A DNA stretch of 64,000 nt from the NCBI GenBank assembly GCA_963727445.1, contig CAVSGI010000013.1:416001-480000 (forward strand). The letters are read 5' to 3'. The position numbers and the translations under genes were made by a program. How positions within the stretch are numbered: position 1 is the stretch's first letter; the number at the start of each line of letters is the position of its first letter. This DNA comes from an uncultured delta proteobacterium (GTDB lineage: Bacteria; Myxococcota_A; Polyangia; Polyangiales; B10-G4). Positions 21,404 to 33,915 of this stretch are shown here, in pieces. Below the pieces are notes generated by a model. The model had not been told where the DNA came from and made no database searches. It saw only the letters and a program-made list of their open reading frames with translations.

Positions 21404-22777
21404 GTGACGCGCAGCACTCTCGTCCTCATGGCGCTCGTCTCGGCATGTGGCCCCGCGGCGAAACTGGGCACGCCTCGTGAGCGCGTGGTGGCGACGACGA
21501 CGCGCGAGGCGCACGAAGAGGCACGGACGGCGAGCAACGCCGCGGACGAGACGACTGAGCCCGCGGACGCAAGCGGGTGCGAGGCGATCTTCTCCGAGAC
21601 TCACCAGCGCTCGGCCGCCCAGCTCACGACGTTCGTGCCGCCCCACGATCGGTTCGTGACCGCGTGCGAAGCGACGCCCGAGCTGTGGCGGAGGTGCATG
21701 CGCGCCTTACACGCACCGGCCGATTCGTTCGGTGGGTATGAGGCATTTCGGACGACGTGTCGGCCGGCGTTCGACGACCCCGATCGTTGCGTCGATCCCG
21801 TCGCCGACGCCTTCGCTACGGAGGAGGGAGACGAGCCGTATCTCCACGCGGTCGATCTCGATGGAGATGGCTCGGACGACTACATGTCCACGTCCTCTTG
21901 CCGCGGCGCGCACGACTACTGCTACTCCCGTGTCTACGTCACCGATCCGGCCGCGTCGGATCAGGGCGACGGGGCGTCGACCTGCACGCGCTATGCAGGC
22001 ACGTTGACGGCGATCGACGGACGGCTGCCCACGCAGCATCATGGGCTCTTCGACCTCGTCTCGTGCAGCTCTCTGGACTGCGCCGAGGATGCGACGGTGT
22101 ACGAGTACGACGGACGCCTCTACCGCGAGGCGCGACGCTTCGGACGCCGTACGCGCCCAATGGTGCTCCGGGCGGATGAGCCGGAACTCGCCTACACCTG
22201 CGAAGATGCGTTGCATTGGCTCGAGATCATCCGCGCACATGTCGGGGCAGCGGCGCTTCCCGACCGGTCGGGCGCGCTCGCGTTCTGCGAAGCGCTCGCT
22301 CCGGAGCTTCAGCGGTGCATGGAACCCGGGGTTCATGAGGATATCTGTGGGGAGCCGCCGCCCATCGCCGGGCCGATCGAGCTCGTCGTTCTGGTCACGG
22401 AATTTCAACGCTCCGCCGACCGGGTGCAGGACGTCGACATCGACGGTGACGGCGACGAGGATGACGCGATCGTATGGACGGGGGCCGACCTGCGCGGGGG
22501 AGTAGGGGTCTACCGACACGACGACGCGGGGCGTTGGCAGTTTCTGGGGAGCGCCGGCGCGGGTCCCGCCGGCGTGGTCGTGGAGTCGACGAAGTCGCAC
22601 GGGATATACGATCTGAGGTCCGACGGAGTCGCCGCGGCCTGCGCCGATCCGCAGCTGGTGCAATCGGGTCGGGTCCTCGAGAGTGGCGCTCGCTTCGACG
22701 GCACTCACTACGCCAGCGTCGTACGTGCCTGCTCGTGCGCGACGCCGTCGACCTGCGATGCCTGGAGGCCCATGTAG
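21404..22777 (+). CDS. Cys-rich lipoprotein with two DxDGDG Ca-binding-like motifs
   Basis: LVSAC lipobox; VDLDGDGSDD and VDIDGDGDEDD; internal duplication (HHGLFDL / SHGIYDL). Confidence 0.65.
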   Translation: MTRSTLVLMALVSACGPAAKLGTPRERVVATTTREAHEEARTASNAADETTEPADASGCEAIFSETHQRSAAQLTTFVPPHDRFVTACEATPELWRRCMRALHAPADSFGGYEAFRTTCRPAFDDPDRCVDPVADAFATEEGDEPYLHAVDLDGDGSDDYMSTSSCRGAHDYCYSRVYVTDPAASDQGDGASTCTRYAGTLTAIDGRLPTQHHGLFDLVSCSSLDCAEDATVYEYDGRLYREARRFGRRTRPMVLRADEPELAYTCEDALHWLEIIRAHVGAAALPDRSGALAFCEALAPELQRCMEPGVHEDICGEPPPIAGPIELVVLVTEFQRSADRVQDVDIDGDGDEDDAIVWTGADLRGGVGVYRHDDAGRWQFLGSAGAGPAGVVVESTKSHGIYDLRSDGVAAACADPQLVQSGRVLESGARFDGTHYASVVRACSCATPSTCDAWRPM

Positions 22778-22846
22778 CCGCGGGCGGATGCGACCGCGGT
22801 CACAACGCGCGCGTCCCGGGCTGAGGATGGTTACGGTATGGGCCCG

Positions 22847-23158
22847 ATGGCCAAGAAGAAGGAACGCGCGCGCACGGCGCGGCGACGCCTCGAGCGACGC
22901 GCGAAGGACCTCGCCGACGCCAAAGAGAAGCTCGCCCTCCTGTCGGAAGGAGGGAGCCCCGAGCGCCCCATCTCCATCTCCAGCGCCTCCATCGCCGAAT
23001 CGACCGCAGAAGCGCTGCGCTGCGCCCGATGTGATGGCCCCACGCGCGTCGAGTCGCACGACGCAGTCGCCGGCCTCCGCCGGGTCCGCTTGCGGTGCAA
23101 GGACTGCGGCGCCACCCGCACCGTGTGGCTCCAGATCGCGTCGCGCATGCTCTCTTGA
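22847..23158 (+). CDS. Small zinc-ribbon protein
   Basis: CARC...CKDC; basic coiled-coil N-terminus. Confidence 0.7.
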   Translation: MAKKKERARTARRRLERRAKDLADAKEKLALLSEGGSPERPISISSASIAESTAEALRCARCDGPTRVESHDAVAGLRRVRLRCKDCGATRTVWLQIASRMLS

Positions 23159-23181
23159 GACTGCGGTAAGCGGACCGTTTG

Positions 23182-24753
23182 CTAAAGGCTCTTTTCCGCC
23201 TGGCCGATGAGGAAGAGCTCGAAGCGGTCGGCGTCGAAGCGCGGATCGTAGAAGGGCACGTCGGGGAGCTCGTCCACGACGGGGATGAGATCGGGGTTCG
23301 ACCAGTCGCGCGCTTGCTCGGCGGTGATGCGGTCGGCGAAGGCGAGGTCGGTCCCGAGCACCCGATCGTGGAGCTCGGTGGCGATGTCTTCGTCTTCCAC
23401 GACCACCACGTCCTCGGAGTTGAGCGCCAGGCTCCGCGGGTCGAGGTTGTAGGAGCCGACGATGGCGACCTTCGAGTCGAAGACGGCGAGCTTGGCGTGG
23501 AGCGTGCCCTCGTGGTGGCGCTCTGCGTGCCATTCGTAGACCCGTACGCCGGCGTCGATGAGCGGCTGGTACGCCACCCGGCCCGCGTCGTTGATCATCG
23601 GGATGTCGTTCGTCGCCTTGCTGTTGGTGATGATGGTGACCTCGACCCCGCGGCGCGCGGCGGCTTCGAGCGCATCGCGCATCGCGTCCGTCGGGATGAA
23701 GTACGCGTTGGCGATGACGATGCTCGTCTCTGCGGAGTCGATGTGCTCGCGATATTCCTGGTCGATCCACCGCTCGCCGAGACGCGGACGGCTTCGCACG
23801 AAGCGCACCCGCACGTCGTCGTGTGGGTCGGTTCGGACCTGGCGGCGCTCGAGGTCCGCCGGGTCGTAGGGCGCGATCTCGGGGCGATGAAAGGCGCGGT
23901 CACGCCCGAGCGCCCCGGTCACGCCCTCGCGCAGCCTCGGGTGCAGGTGTCGCCACGCGTCCCAGTACCCGTCGGACTCGAGGAGCGCCGGACGGCAATC
24001 GTGGATGCGTTTGAAGTACTGCGCGTTGTCCCGGAAGGCGCTCGCGACATCGGCCACCACCGGCCCCTCGAGATAGATGTCCTGGTCGCGCCAGATGAGC
24101 GGCGGGTCGTCGCTGATGCGCGCGTATTCGTCGCCGACGTTCATGCCGCCGACGACCGCCCGCTCGCCGTCCACCACGAAGTACTTCTCGTGATAGCGCT
24201 TGTTGCCGGCGGTCCAGTCGTCGAGGTCAATCTCGTTCACCCATTCGAGGAAGAGCGGCTCGTAGCCGTACACCTCGACGCCCGCATCCATCAGCTCGAA
24301 GTAGAGCATCTGCGCGTCGTAGTCCTGGATGTTGGCGTACGCGTCGACGATGACCTTGATGTCCATGTCGGGGTTTTCGCGCTTCTTCGCGATCAGCCGG
24401 TCGGCGATGGCGCATCCGATGGTGTCCGCCTTGAAGATCAGCGCCTGCACGTAGATGGAGCGCTCTGCGCTCTCGAGGATGCGCATCCGCTCGAGGAACG
24501 AAGCCTCCCCGTTGATCAGGAGCCGCGCGCGATTGCCGTCGCGCGGAGGCGGCGGCGGCGCGGCCTCGGTCTCGCCCTGCAGGTCGGGATCGCGAAGGAT
24601 CTCGGCGGCGCCGTGTTGCAGCTGCGACGCCCCCTCCTCGAGCTGCGCCCGACCGCGTTCGAGCTGATCGTTCGCCTGCTCTTCACAGGAGCCGCACGCG
24701 GTGAGCGCGAGGACACCGAGGGTGACGAGATAGGGAGGACGGTTCAGGCGCAT
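23182..24753 (-). CDS. Phospholipase D / cardiolipin-synthase-like protein with lipoprotein signal
   Basis: Two HKD motifs: HEKYFVVD..VGGMN and HAKLAVFD..VGSYNLD; LTAC lipobox. Confidence 0.9.
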   Translation of the reverse strand: MRLNRPPYLVTLGVLALTACGSCEEQANDQLERGRAQLEEGASQLQHGAAEILRDPDLQGETEAAPPPPPRDGNRARLLINGEASFLERMRILESAERSIYVQALIFKADTIGCAIADRLIAKKRENPDMDIKVIVDAYANIQDYDAQMLYFELMDAGVEVYGYEPLFLEWVNEIDLDDWTAGNKRYHEKYFVVDGERAVVGGMNVGDEYARISDDPPLIWRDQDIYLEGPVVADVASAFRDNAQYFKRIHDCRPALLESDGYWDAWRHLHPRLREGVTGALGRDRAFHRPEIAPYDPADLERRQVRTDPHDDVRVRFVRSRPRLGERWIDQEYREHIDSAETSIVIANAYFIPTDAMRDALEAAARRGVEVTIITNSKATNDIPMINDAGRVAYQPLIDAGVRVYEWHAERHHEGTLHAKLAVFDSKVAIVGSYNLDPRSLALNSEDVVVVEDEDIATELHDRVLGTDLAFADRITAEQARDWSNPDLIPVVDELPDVPFYDPRFDADRFELFLIGQAEKSL

Positions 24754-24804
24754 GCGGTCGAGGCCAAGATACAACAGTTCGCCGGCATTCCTTCCGAGCC
24801 TGTG

Positions 24805-25356
24805 TCAGCGGACGTGCACCGTCGTCCGCGCGAGCTCCTGATCACCCCAGTGCAACGTGATCTCGTGGTCGCCGCGGGTGTCGACGAACTCGACGCCCTC
24901 GCGCTCGTCCACCGCGGTGGCGCCGGGCGGAAGGGAGCTCCACTCCGGGCCCATGGCGCCGTTGCCGAAGGCCATGGAGAGCGCTTGGGACGGCGCACCG
25001 TCCACACGCAGGTCCCACGGCTTGTGTGGATCGACAGCGGTGGGGCCATCGTTGAGTGCGGTCATGCGCACCTGCACGTGGCCGAGGTCACGAAGGGCGA
25101 AGGTCGAGGGGTGAACCGTGAGCGTCCAATGCACCGATGGCGGCGACGTCTCCTCCGGTTCTGCGGCGACTTCTTCCGGACCGTCCTCGCTTTCGGGCTC
25201 CTCTTCGACAATCGGCGCGGCGCCCTGCCTCGGGGGATCGGCGCGGCGCTCACTTGGGTCGGGAGGCGCTTCGCCGTTCGACCGTCCGCCGCCGCAGCCG
25301 AGCGCGAGCGCCACCGCACCGAGGACGACCTGCGTCGAGAGGGTCTGCAAGCTCAC
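24805..25356 (-). CDS. Hypothetical lipoprotein
   Basis: LALGC lipobox, Pro/Glu linker, beta-rich C-terminal domain. Confidence 0.6.
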   Translation of the reverse strand: MSLQTLSTQVVLGAVALALGCGGGRSNGEAPPDPSERRADPPRQGAAPIVEEEPESEDGPEEVAAEPEETSPPSVHWTLTVHPSTFALRDLGHVQVRMTALNDGPTAVDPHKPWDLRVDGAPSQALSMAFGNGAMGPEWSSLPPGATAVDEREGVEFVDTRGDHEITLHWGDQELARTTVHVR

Positions 25357-25441
25357 GGGACTCCAAGATAGGCCACAATCGCTCGCGAGAGCCAGAGCTC
25401 TGCGAGAAGCGAGCATTTCGAACACCGGGTATCATCTCGAG

Positions 25442-26515
25442 ATGGCGCGTCGACCCCACGCAGCCCTGATCGCGGCACTCCTCGCGGCGGGCCCTTTCGG
25501 TGGCCTCGCCGCCTGCTCCGGCGACGACACGCTCCTCCTCGTCGACGTGCGCACGGACTACGCACAGGTCACCGAGTTCGACGCGATCGAGGTGCAGGCC
25601 GCCGATCAAGTCGTGCGCCACGAGGTCCAGGCGCTCTCGGACTACGGGGCCGGCGTTCGCGTGGCCGAGATCACAAGCCTTCCGACCGGCCCGACGCTCG
25701 TCGCGGCGCGCCTGCTTCTGGGAGAAGAGACGATTCGCGAGGAGTCGATGAGCGTCACGATCGCGGACCACACCGCGCTCACCTTCGAGATCCTCCGCAA
25801 CTGCCCCGAGGGCTCCTGCGCGGATGCGGGCGTCCCCGATGGGAGCGTCGTGAATGACGGCGCCGCGCCAGACGGTGCCGTCGGCGACGCTGGCATCGAC
25901 GCGCCCACGTGCACGACCACGACGATGCCGTTGACGGTCCAATCCGACACCGTCCTCCTCGAGTCTTCGTGCAACGGCGCGATCCACGAGGGCGCGTCGC
26001 CCGTCTTGAACCTCGGCGACGACAACGCGCACGGCCTGTTCCGATTCACCCTCTCCGGAGAGATGCGTGCGGCGCTCTTCGACGGAAGCGTGTCCGGTGC
26101 CCGACTCGTCCTGTTCCGAGCCACCGATTGCTTCGGCGCCTCGTGCCCTGCGGCCGCGGGGACCTTGCACGTCCGACCGATGCGCAGTGATTGGGACGAG
26201 GGCACCTCCGCTGACTACTCGGGCGCCGATTGGTGCCGGCGCACCAGCGGCCTGACCCCGCTGCACTGGAGCTCTCCCGGCGCCAGCTCTGCCGGCGTCG
26301 ACCGGGGCGCGGAGGCCGGCTCGGCCACGTTCGGAGTGGACGATTCGCCGATCGTCGTCGAGCTCGATTCGAGCGGTCTCGGCGATTGGGCAAACGCGGT
26401 CACCGGCGCGCCGCAGCTCACCTTTCAGACCGAGGCCACCGCCGCGTTCGTCGCCGCTGCGCGCGAGAACGAGACCTTCTCGGCGGCTCGCTTCGAGCTC
26501 GACGTCTGCCGTTGA
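25442..26515 (+). CDS. Lipoprotein with conserved N-module and DNRLRE-like C-terminal domain
   Basis: LAAC lipobox; SDTVL, GLFRF.L, GARLVLF, DWDEG, W..PGA, ARE..ARFEL. Confidence 0.7.
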   Translation: MARRPHAALIAALLAAGPFGGLAACSGDDTLLLVDVRTDYAQVTEFDAIEVQAADQVVRHEVQALSDYGAGVRVAEITSLPTGPTLVAARLLLGEETIREESMSVTIADHTALTFEILRNCPEGSCADAGVPDGSVVNDGAAPDGAVGDAGIDAPTCTTTTMPLTVQSDTVLLESSCNGAIHEGASPVLNLGDDNAHGLFRFTLSGEMRAALFDGSVSGARLVLFRATDCFGASCPAAAGTLHVRPMRSDWDEGTSADYSGADWCRRTSGLTPLHWSSPGASSAGVDRGAEAGSATFGVDDSPIVVELDSSGLGDWANAVTGAPQLTFQTEATAAFVAAARENETFSAARFELDVCR

Positions 26516-26550
26516 GGAGGCGCCCTGGTCGGCGAAGGGCTCCGCGCCAG

Positions 26551-28076
26551 CTACTTCCGGTCGGCGGGGTGCAGGCCGTGCTTCTTCGCGAGCTTGTGGA
26601 GGTACTTGCGGTCCATGTCCGCTTCGCGCGCGGCGGCGCTGATGTTGCCGTCGTTGCGCTCGAGGAGCCACTCGACGTAGCGCTTCTCGAAGGTGGTCTC
26701 CCACTCGCTCTTGGTGTCGCGGTAGCTCTTGCCCGGCGTGAAGCTCGGCATCCCGCCCGCCTGGTCCTTGGACGGCGCGCCGCCGACCAGCGGGAGCACG
26801 CCGAGGTCGAGCTCGGCCGAGCCCATGGCGCTTGGCGAGGTACGCGGCCGCGCTCCAGCACGTTGCGGAGCTCGCGCACGTTGCCCGGCCAGTCGTGTGC
26901 CGGCGAGCGCCTCCTGAGCGGCTTCGCGAGATGCGGCTCAGCGGTCGGTATCGGGGCCGGCGAGCTGCTTCGATCAGCGCGTCGACGATGAGCGGGATGT
27001 CCTCGCGCCGCTCCCGCAGCGGCGGCAGCTTCGATCGGCACCACCGCCAGCCGGAAGTAGAGGTCCTCGCGGAACTTGCCGCGCTCGACCTCCATCTTGA
27101 GGTTGCGCTTGGTCGCCGCGATCACGCGGATGTCGACCTTGATCTCGCGGTTGCCGCCGACCCGCCGGAACGCGCGCTGCTCGAGCACGCGCAGGAGCTT
27201 CGGCTGCAGATCGAGGGGCAGCTCGCCGATCTCGTCGAGGAAGAGCGTGCCGCCGTTGGCCAGCTCGAAGGCGCCCTGACGCTGCGCGCTCGCGCCGGTG
27301 AACGAGCCCTTCTCGTGACCGAAGAGCTCGCTCTCGATCAGCGAGCCGACCACCGCGCCGCAGTCGACGACGATGAAGGGCTTGTCCTTGCGCGGGCTCG
27401 AGTCGTGGATGCTCTGCGCGAGCACGTCCTTGCCGGTGCCCGTCTCACCGCCGAGGAGCACCGTCGCGTCGGTCGGCCCGAGCCGCTCGAGCAGCCCGAA
27501 GATCTCCCGCATCACGACCGACTTGCCCGACCGCGCTCGCCGAAGTTGTTGGCGTCGCTGGGCAAGAGCTCGATGCGCTCGGCGAAGGGGCGCACCTTGA
27601 GCTCGACCTTGCCGACGGTGATGACCGCGCCGGGCTTGAGGTAGGCCTCGCGGATCTCGGCGCCGTCGAGCAGCGTGCCGTTGGTCGAGCCGAGGTCGCG
27701 CAGCAGATAGCCCTTGGCCTCGCGCACGATCTCGCAGTGGCTGCGCGACACGGTCTGTCGTCGAGCACCATGTCGTTGTCGGCGCTCTTGCCGATCAGGA
27801 ACATCTCCTCTCGATGACGGTCTCGGCGCCGCGCTTGTCTCCGCTGAGGATCACCAGCGCGCATCGCGGGAGCTCGAGGACCTTGCCGCCGGCGTGCTGC
27901 GGTGCCGACCTGGGTGCGGGCGCTGCTCATCGCGCCTCCGAGAGGTGGACCCTCACGATGCCGTCGGCGGGCACCTCGAAGGCCCGCTGGACGTGTCGCT
28001 CGAGGTGGTCGGTCCGCGCAGGTCGGCGGCGATCGTCGTAGCGCGCCCGGGTGGAGCTCGACGACGTGTCGCGCAC
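26551..28076 (-). CDS. FHA-domain sigma54-dependent activator (FHA-AAA+-Fis HTH), several frameshifts, start approximate
   Basis: [72 protein letters not shown]. Confidence 0.9.
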
Positions 28077-28529
28077 CGGTGCCGGGCGCCCCTTCGGTGA
28101 AGGAGAATCGCGCGCCGGCCGCCTCCTCTCCCTCGACCAGATAGGCGACCCTGGCCTCGGTGATCGATGCGTGATCGCCCCCGAGCGATACGTCGATGCA
28201 TCGCGTCTCGTAGGGCCACCGTTCGAGCAGCTGGGAGCCGATCGGCGACGAAGATGACCACCACCAACAGGGGCGCGAAGCGCCGGCGATTGGCGTCGAA
28301 CCGATCCCAGGTCCGAGACCAAGCGGAGTGTGCGCTCACGGAGTCCGAGTCTAGTGCACGGTGGCACCGGTACAAGGCGGAGATCCACGGCGAGTGCCAG
28401 CGGTCCGGGTCGGTGGCCCCCGATGTCCTCTGCTTGTGGCGCTACAACCCCAGTGTTAGCTTGTCATCACAGCGAATTCACGAATGACGCGTCCTGTAGT
28501 TAGGCGAAAGCCAGGGTAAGTCGCGAGAC

Positions 28530-30716
<2,187 letters not shown>

Positions 30717-30756
30717 TCGCGCGGGCGCTCGCGGTCGAGCGATCATTTGTGTGCCC

Positions 30757-30907
30757 GCCCGTGCGCGAGGGCCCCGAGGGGCATCGGAGCGGTCGGGGAG
30801 ATGTCGATGACAATTGACCACACAGCCGCGCGCACCGCGGAACGAACGCGCGCTCCCACCCCCCGCCCTACGACCGCCTCAACCCCTCGGGGCCCTCGCG
30901 CACGGGC
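30757..30907. repeat. Perfect 25-bp inverted repeat flanking ~100 bp (MITE/REPIN-like)
   Basis: GCCCGTGCGCGAGGGCCCCGAGGGG at 30757-30781; exact reverse complement at 30883-30907. Confidence 0.85.
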
Positions 30908-31064
30908 TGGAGTGGATCCGCCTCGCAACTCGCCAGCCGCGTGGCTGATGAGCCGGCCTCCCCCATACTCGAGGAGCGCTCATGGCAGCGAAGAAGGTCA
31001 GCCATCGAACGTCCTCGGCTCAGCCGATTTTCTGTTCGAGCTGAAGCACACGGCGCACCAGCCC

Positions 31065-31179
31065 GGACGGCACCGCGGTCAACGTCTTCCAGTTCACGGT
31101 CGGCGACGTCAGCAAGCTCAAGTCGCTGATGCGCGTGATCCGCGGGCTGGACGGCGTGATGGATGTCGAGCGCGTCTGA
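31065..31179 (+). repeat. Diverged duplicate of the relA 3' end (end of ACT domain)
   Basis: Matches 30599-30716; encodes DGTAVNVFQFTVGDVSKLKSLMRVIRGLDGVMDVERV*. Confidence 0.9.
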
Positions 31180-31241
31180 GCTGCGTCTAGCGCCTGTCGA
31201 TCTCCGCCCGACCCCGTTACGCTCCGCCCGGGAGACGAGAG

Positions 31242-31754
31242 ATGGGCAAAGAGAGATTTCGAATGGGCCGGCTCGATCACGTGCACATCCGCGTGCCGGA
31301 CCGGGAAGCTGCTGCGCGGTGGTACGCCGAGCACCTCGGGTTCGAGCCCGTCGAGAGGTTCGACTTCTGGGCCAAGGGCTTCGAGGGTGGGCCGCTCCAG
31401 ATCTCAGCGGACGGCGGGCGGACCATGCTCGCCTTGTTCGAAGCGAGCGAGGGGCACCCGATGGTCCCGCAGAAGACGGGGATCGCTTTCAGCGTGCGCG
31501 CGGAAGACTTCATGGCCTTCGCCCGTTCGCTTCCGAACGGGATCCACAGCCCGTCGGGCCAGCCCCTTCAGATCGGGGACATCGTCGACTTCGACATGTG
31601 CTGGGCCTATGACCTGACCGACCCCTGGGGCAATCAATACGAGATCAACTGCTACGAGTATGACCGTGTCGCAACGGAGCTCATCGCGGCGGAGTGCGTC
31701 GAACCGGTCCGCTACTGGCCGCGCGAGGTGTACGAGCGCTTCCGACAGCGGTAG
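31242..31754 (+). CDS. VOC/glyoxalase family protein
   Basis: LDHVHIRVPDREAAARWY...LGF, DPWGNQYE. Confidence 0.85.
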   Translation: MGKERFRMGRLDHVHIRVPDREAAARWYAEHLGFEPVERFDFWAKGFEGGPLQISADGGRTMLALFEASEGHPMVPQKTGIAFSVRAEDFMAFARSLPNGIHSPSGQPLQIGDIVDFDMCWAYDLTDPWGNQYEINCYEYDRVATELIAAECVEPVRYWPREVYERFRQR

Positions 31755-31778
31755 TGCAGCGGACGGGGACTGCAGCGG

Positions 31779-31861
31779 ACGGGGACGGTCTACACTTTTC
31801 AACTTTCCGCTCCCTCCCCTCCGCAAACGCACTCGGACGGGAACCGTCTACACTCTTCAAC
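31779..31861. repeat. Further copies of the GGGGACGGTCTACACTTTTCAACTT family (one exact, one degenerate)
   Basis: 31781-31805 identical to the 10.8-kb copies; degenerate copy near 31837. Confidence 0.8.
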
Positions 31862-32010
31862 CGACGCGATCTGTCCTCTGCGTGACCGCCCACACACCAG
31901 GACCCCGAGGGACCCTCTTGTGCGACAGGGCATGCGTCTCGAGCTGCGACGCCCTGACGTGATGGACGCCAATCGCGCGTGGTTCTACCCTCGGCGCCCG
32001 GAGGCGATGG

Positions 32011-32970
32011 ATGAAACGACGGTCGATCGTGATGGCGCTCTTCGCGCTGGTCGCGCTCGCGGGATGCGCGGGTGACGAGGTGGTGGGGAGCCGGAGTGAG
32101 GCGATCCTCAACGGAACGCCGTGGGACGGGGACGCGATTGGATTCGCGTACGGTCCGATGGCGGGCTGCACCGTCACTGGCGTGTTTCTGACGCCGCGAC
32201 ACTTCCTGATCGGCGGGTGCTTCGATGACTCCGATCTGGTGGTCTTCATCCGAGACGGGAGCGGCATGCCCATGCCCGTCGGGACCGTCGTCGACACCCT
32301 GGTCGGCCCCGTGATCACCGGCGCCAGTCCCACCCCGGGCAATGCGCGCATCCTGGTGTTGGACGCCGACACCCCCATCACCATGCCGGCGCGCCTCGCC
32401 GACGCGGCGCCGACGATGGACGACGCAGTCACGCTGGTGGGATTCGGAGACGAAGGCGGGGGCAGCTCCGGCCAAGCCACCGTCGGCGACTTCACGGTGA
32501 CGAGCGTGACCGACATGGACGCCCAGTTCACCATGGACCCCGTGGGCGACGTTCGGGCGTGCCTCAGCGACGTCGCCGTCTTCAACGGCGCCGGCGAGCT
32601 CACCGGAATCACGTACGCCGGCACCCCGGACTCGACCTCGGGCTGCTTCTCCACCAGCACCGCCTTCTCCATCGCGGGCATCCGCGACTTCATCGACACC
32701 TCGCTCGCCATGCCGCTGCCCGGCGACGCTGGAACGACGGACGGTGGCGACGACGGAGGCGTCGTGCCCGACGCCGCGGCAGGCGATGCAGCCGCGGGCG
32801 ATAGCGGCGCAACCGACGGTGGCACCAGCAGCGGCAGCGGCGACGACGGCGGCTGCGGCTGCGACAACGTCGGTCGGGGGCCCACCGCGCACCTCGGCTG
32901 GCTCGTGCTCGGCGCGCTCTTCCTCTACCGCCGGCGACGCACAATAGCCGCGTCATCTCACAATTCCTGA
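32011..32970 (+). CDS. Trypsin-like (S1) fold lipoprotein with MYXO-CTERM; catalytic motifs degenerate
   Basis: AILNG, C..TGVFLTPRHFL, LVGFG, L.GIT.G; GGCGC + TM + RRRR tail. Confidence 0.65.
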   Translation: MKRRSIVMALFALVALAGCAGDEVVGSRSEAILNGTPWDGDAIGFAYGPMAGCTVTGVFLTPRHFLIGGCFDDSDLVVFIRDGSGMPMPVGTVVDTLVGPVITGASPTPGNARILVLDADTPITMPARLADAAPTMDDAVTLVGFGDEGGGSSGQATVGDFTVTSVTDMDAQFTMDPVGDVRACLSDVAVFNGAGELTGITYAGTPDSTSGCFSTSTAFSIAGIRDFIDTSLAMPLPGDAGTTDGGDDGGVVPDAAAGDAAAGDSGATDGGTSSGSGDDGGCGCDNVGRGPTAHLGWLVLGALFLYRRRRTIAASSHNS

Positions 32971-33009
32971 ACGTCGGCGTCATCGTGACGGTCTCGATCC
33001 ACACGAGGT

Positions 33010-33082
33010 CGTGCGGGAGGGCCCCGAGGGGTTGAGGCGGTCGTAGGGCGGGCGGGACCCTCCCGTGCGACCGGGCATGCGT
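33010..33082. repeat. Copy of the 30.8-kb repeat family
   Basis: 33010-33050 is the reverse complement of 30864-30904 with one mismatch; tail resembles 31909-31938. Confidence 0.75.
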
Positions 33083-33158
33083 CACGCGCGAATAGACGCG
33101 CGAACCGAAACGTTGTCCAACGTGGCGAAGCCGCCGAATCCGCCCTAAGGTCCCCCGC

Positions 33159-33863
33159 ATGCAACCCGTCCCGAGAACACGCACCGGCCCCACCCCGGGC
33201 AGCTACGGCAGCCAGCAGGTCGCCACCGGCTTGATGAGCCAGGTCTACTGGTGGATGAGCGTCGGCCTCGGCCTCACCGGGCTCATCGCCTACGCCGTCT
33301 CCCACGTCCCGCCGCTGACCGAGCTGATCTTCGGCTCGCCCATCCTCTTCTACGGGCTGCTCATCGGCGAGCTCGCGATGGTGTGGTTCCTCTCGGCGCG
33401 CGTGACCCGCATGTCCCCCGCCAGCGCCATCGCCGCGTTCATGGCCTACTCGGGGCTCAACGGGCTGACACTCGCGGTCGTCTTCCTCGTCTACACGGAG
33501 GCGTCCGTCGCCTCGACCTTCTTCATCACCGCCGGGACCTTCGGTGCGATGGCCGCCTACGGCACGCTCACCAAGAAGGATCTCTCCGGCTGGGGCTCGT
33601 TCCTCTTCATGGGTCTCATCGGCGTCATCATCGCGATGGTGGTGAACATCTTCCTGCAGAGCTCGATGCTCTACTGGGGCATCACCATCTTCGGCGTCCT
33701 GATCTTCACGGGCCTGACCGCCTACGACGCGCAGCGCATTCGTTCCATGGCGATGAACAACCCGGGCATGCCCAACCTCGCCATCTTCGGCGCGCTGATC
33801 CTCTACCTCGACTTCGTCAACCTCTTCCTGATGCTCCTGCGCCTCCTCGGCAACCGGCGCTGA
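33159..33863 (+). CDS. Bax inhibitor-1/YccA family membrane protein
   Basis: VYWWM..GL.LTG, TKKDLS, LTAYDAQRI, LYLDFVNLF. Confidence 0.92.
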   Translation: MQPVPRTRTGPTPGSYGSQQVATGLMSQVYWWMSVGLGLTGLIAYAVSHVPPLTELIFGSPILFYGLLIGELAMVWFLSARVTRMSPASAIAAFMAYSGLNGLTLAVVFLVYTEASVASTFFITAGTFGAMAAYGTLTKKDLSGWGSFLFMGLIGVIIAMVVNIFLQSSMLYWGITIFGVLIFTGLTAYDAQRIRSMAMNNPGMPNLAIFGALILYLDFVNLFLMLLRLLGNRR

Positions 33864-33915
33864 AGGACCCGTTCATCTGGCAAAGAAGGGTCGCGAGCGA
33901 CTATCCTTCCGGGTA

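Noticed and set aside
27927..28487. ORFs between the FHA activator and relA
   Set aside because: No recognisable motifs; likely promoter region plus the frameshifted N-terminus of the activator
30982..31179. In-frame TGA in a C-S-S-TGA context as a CxxU selenoprotein
   Set aside because: No convincing SECIS hairpin follows, the region is indel-rich, and another frame (DFLFELKH) looks more protein-like
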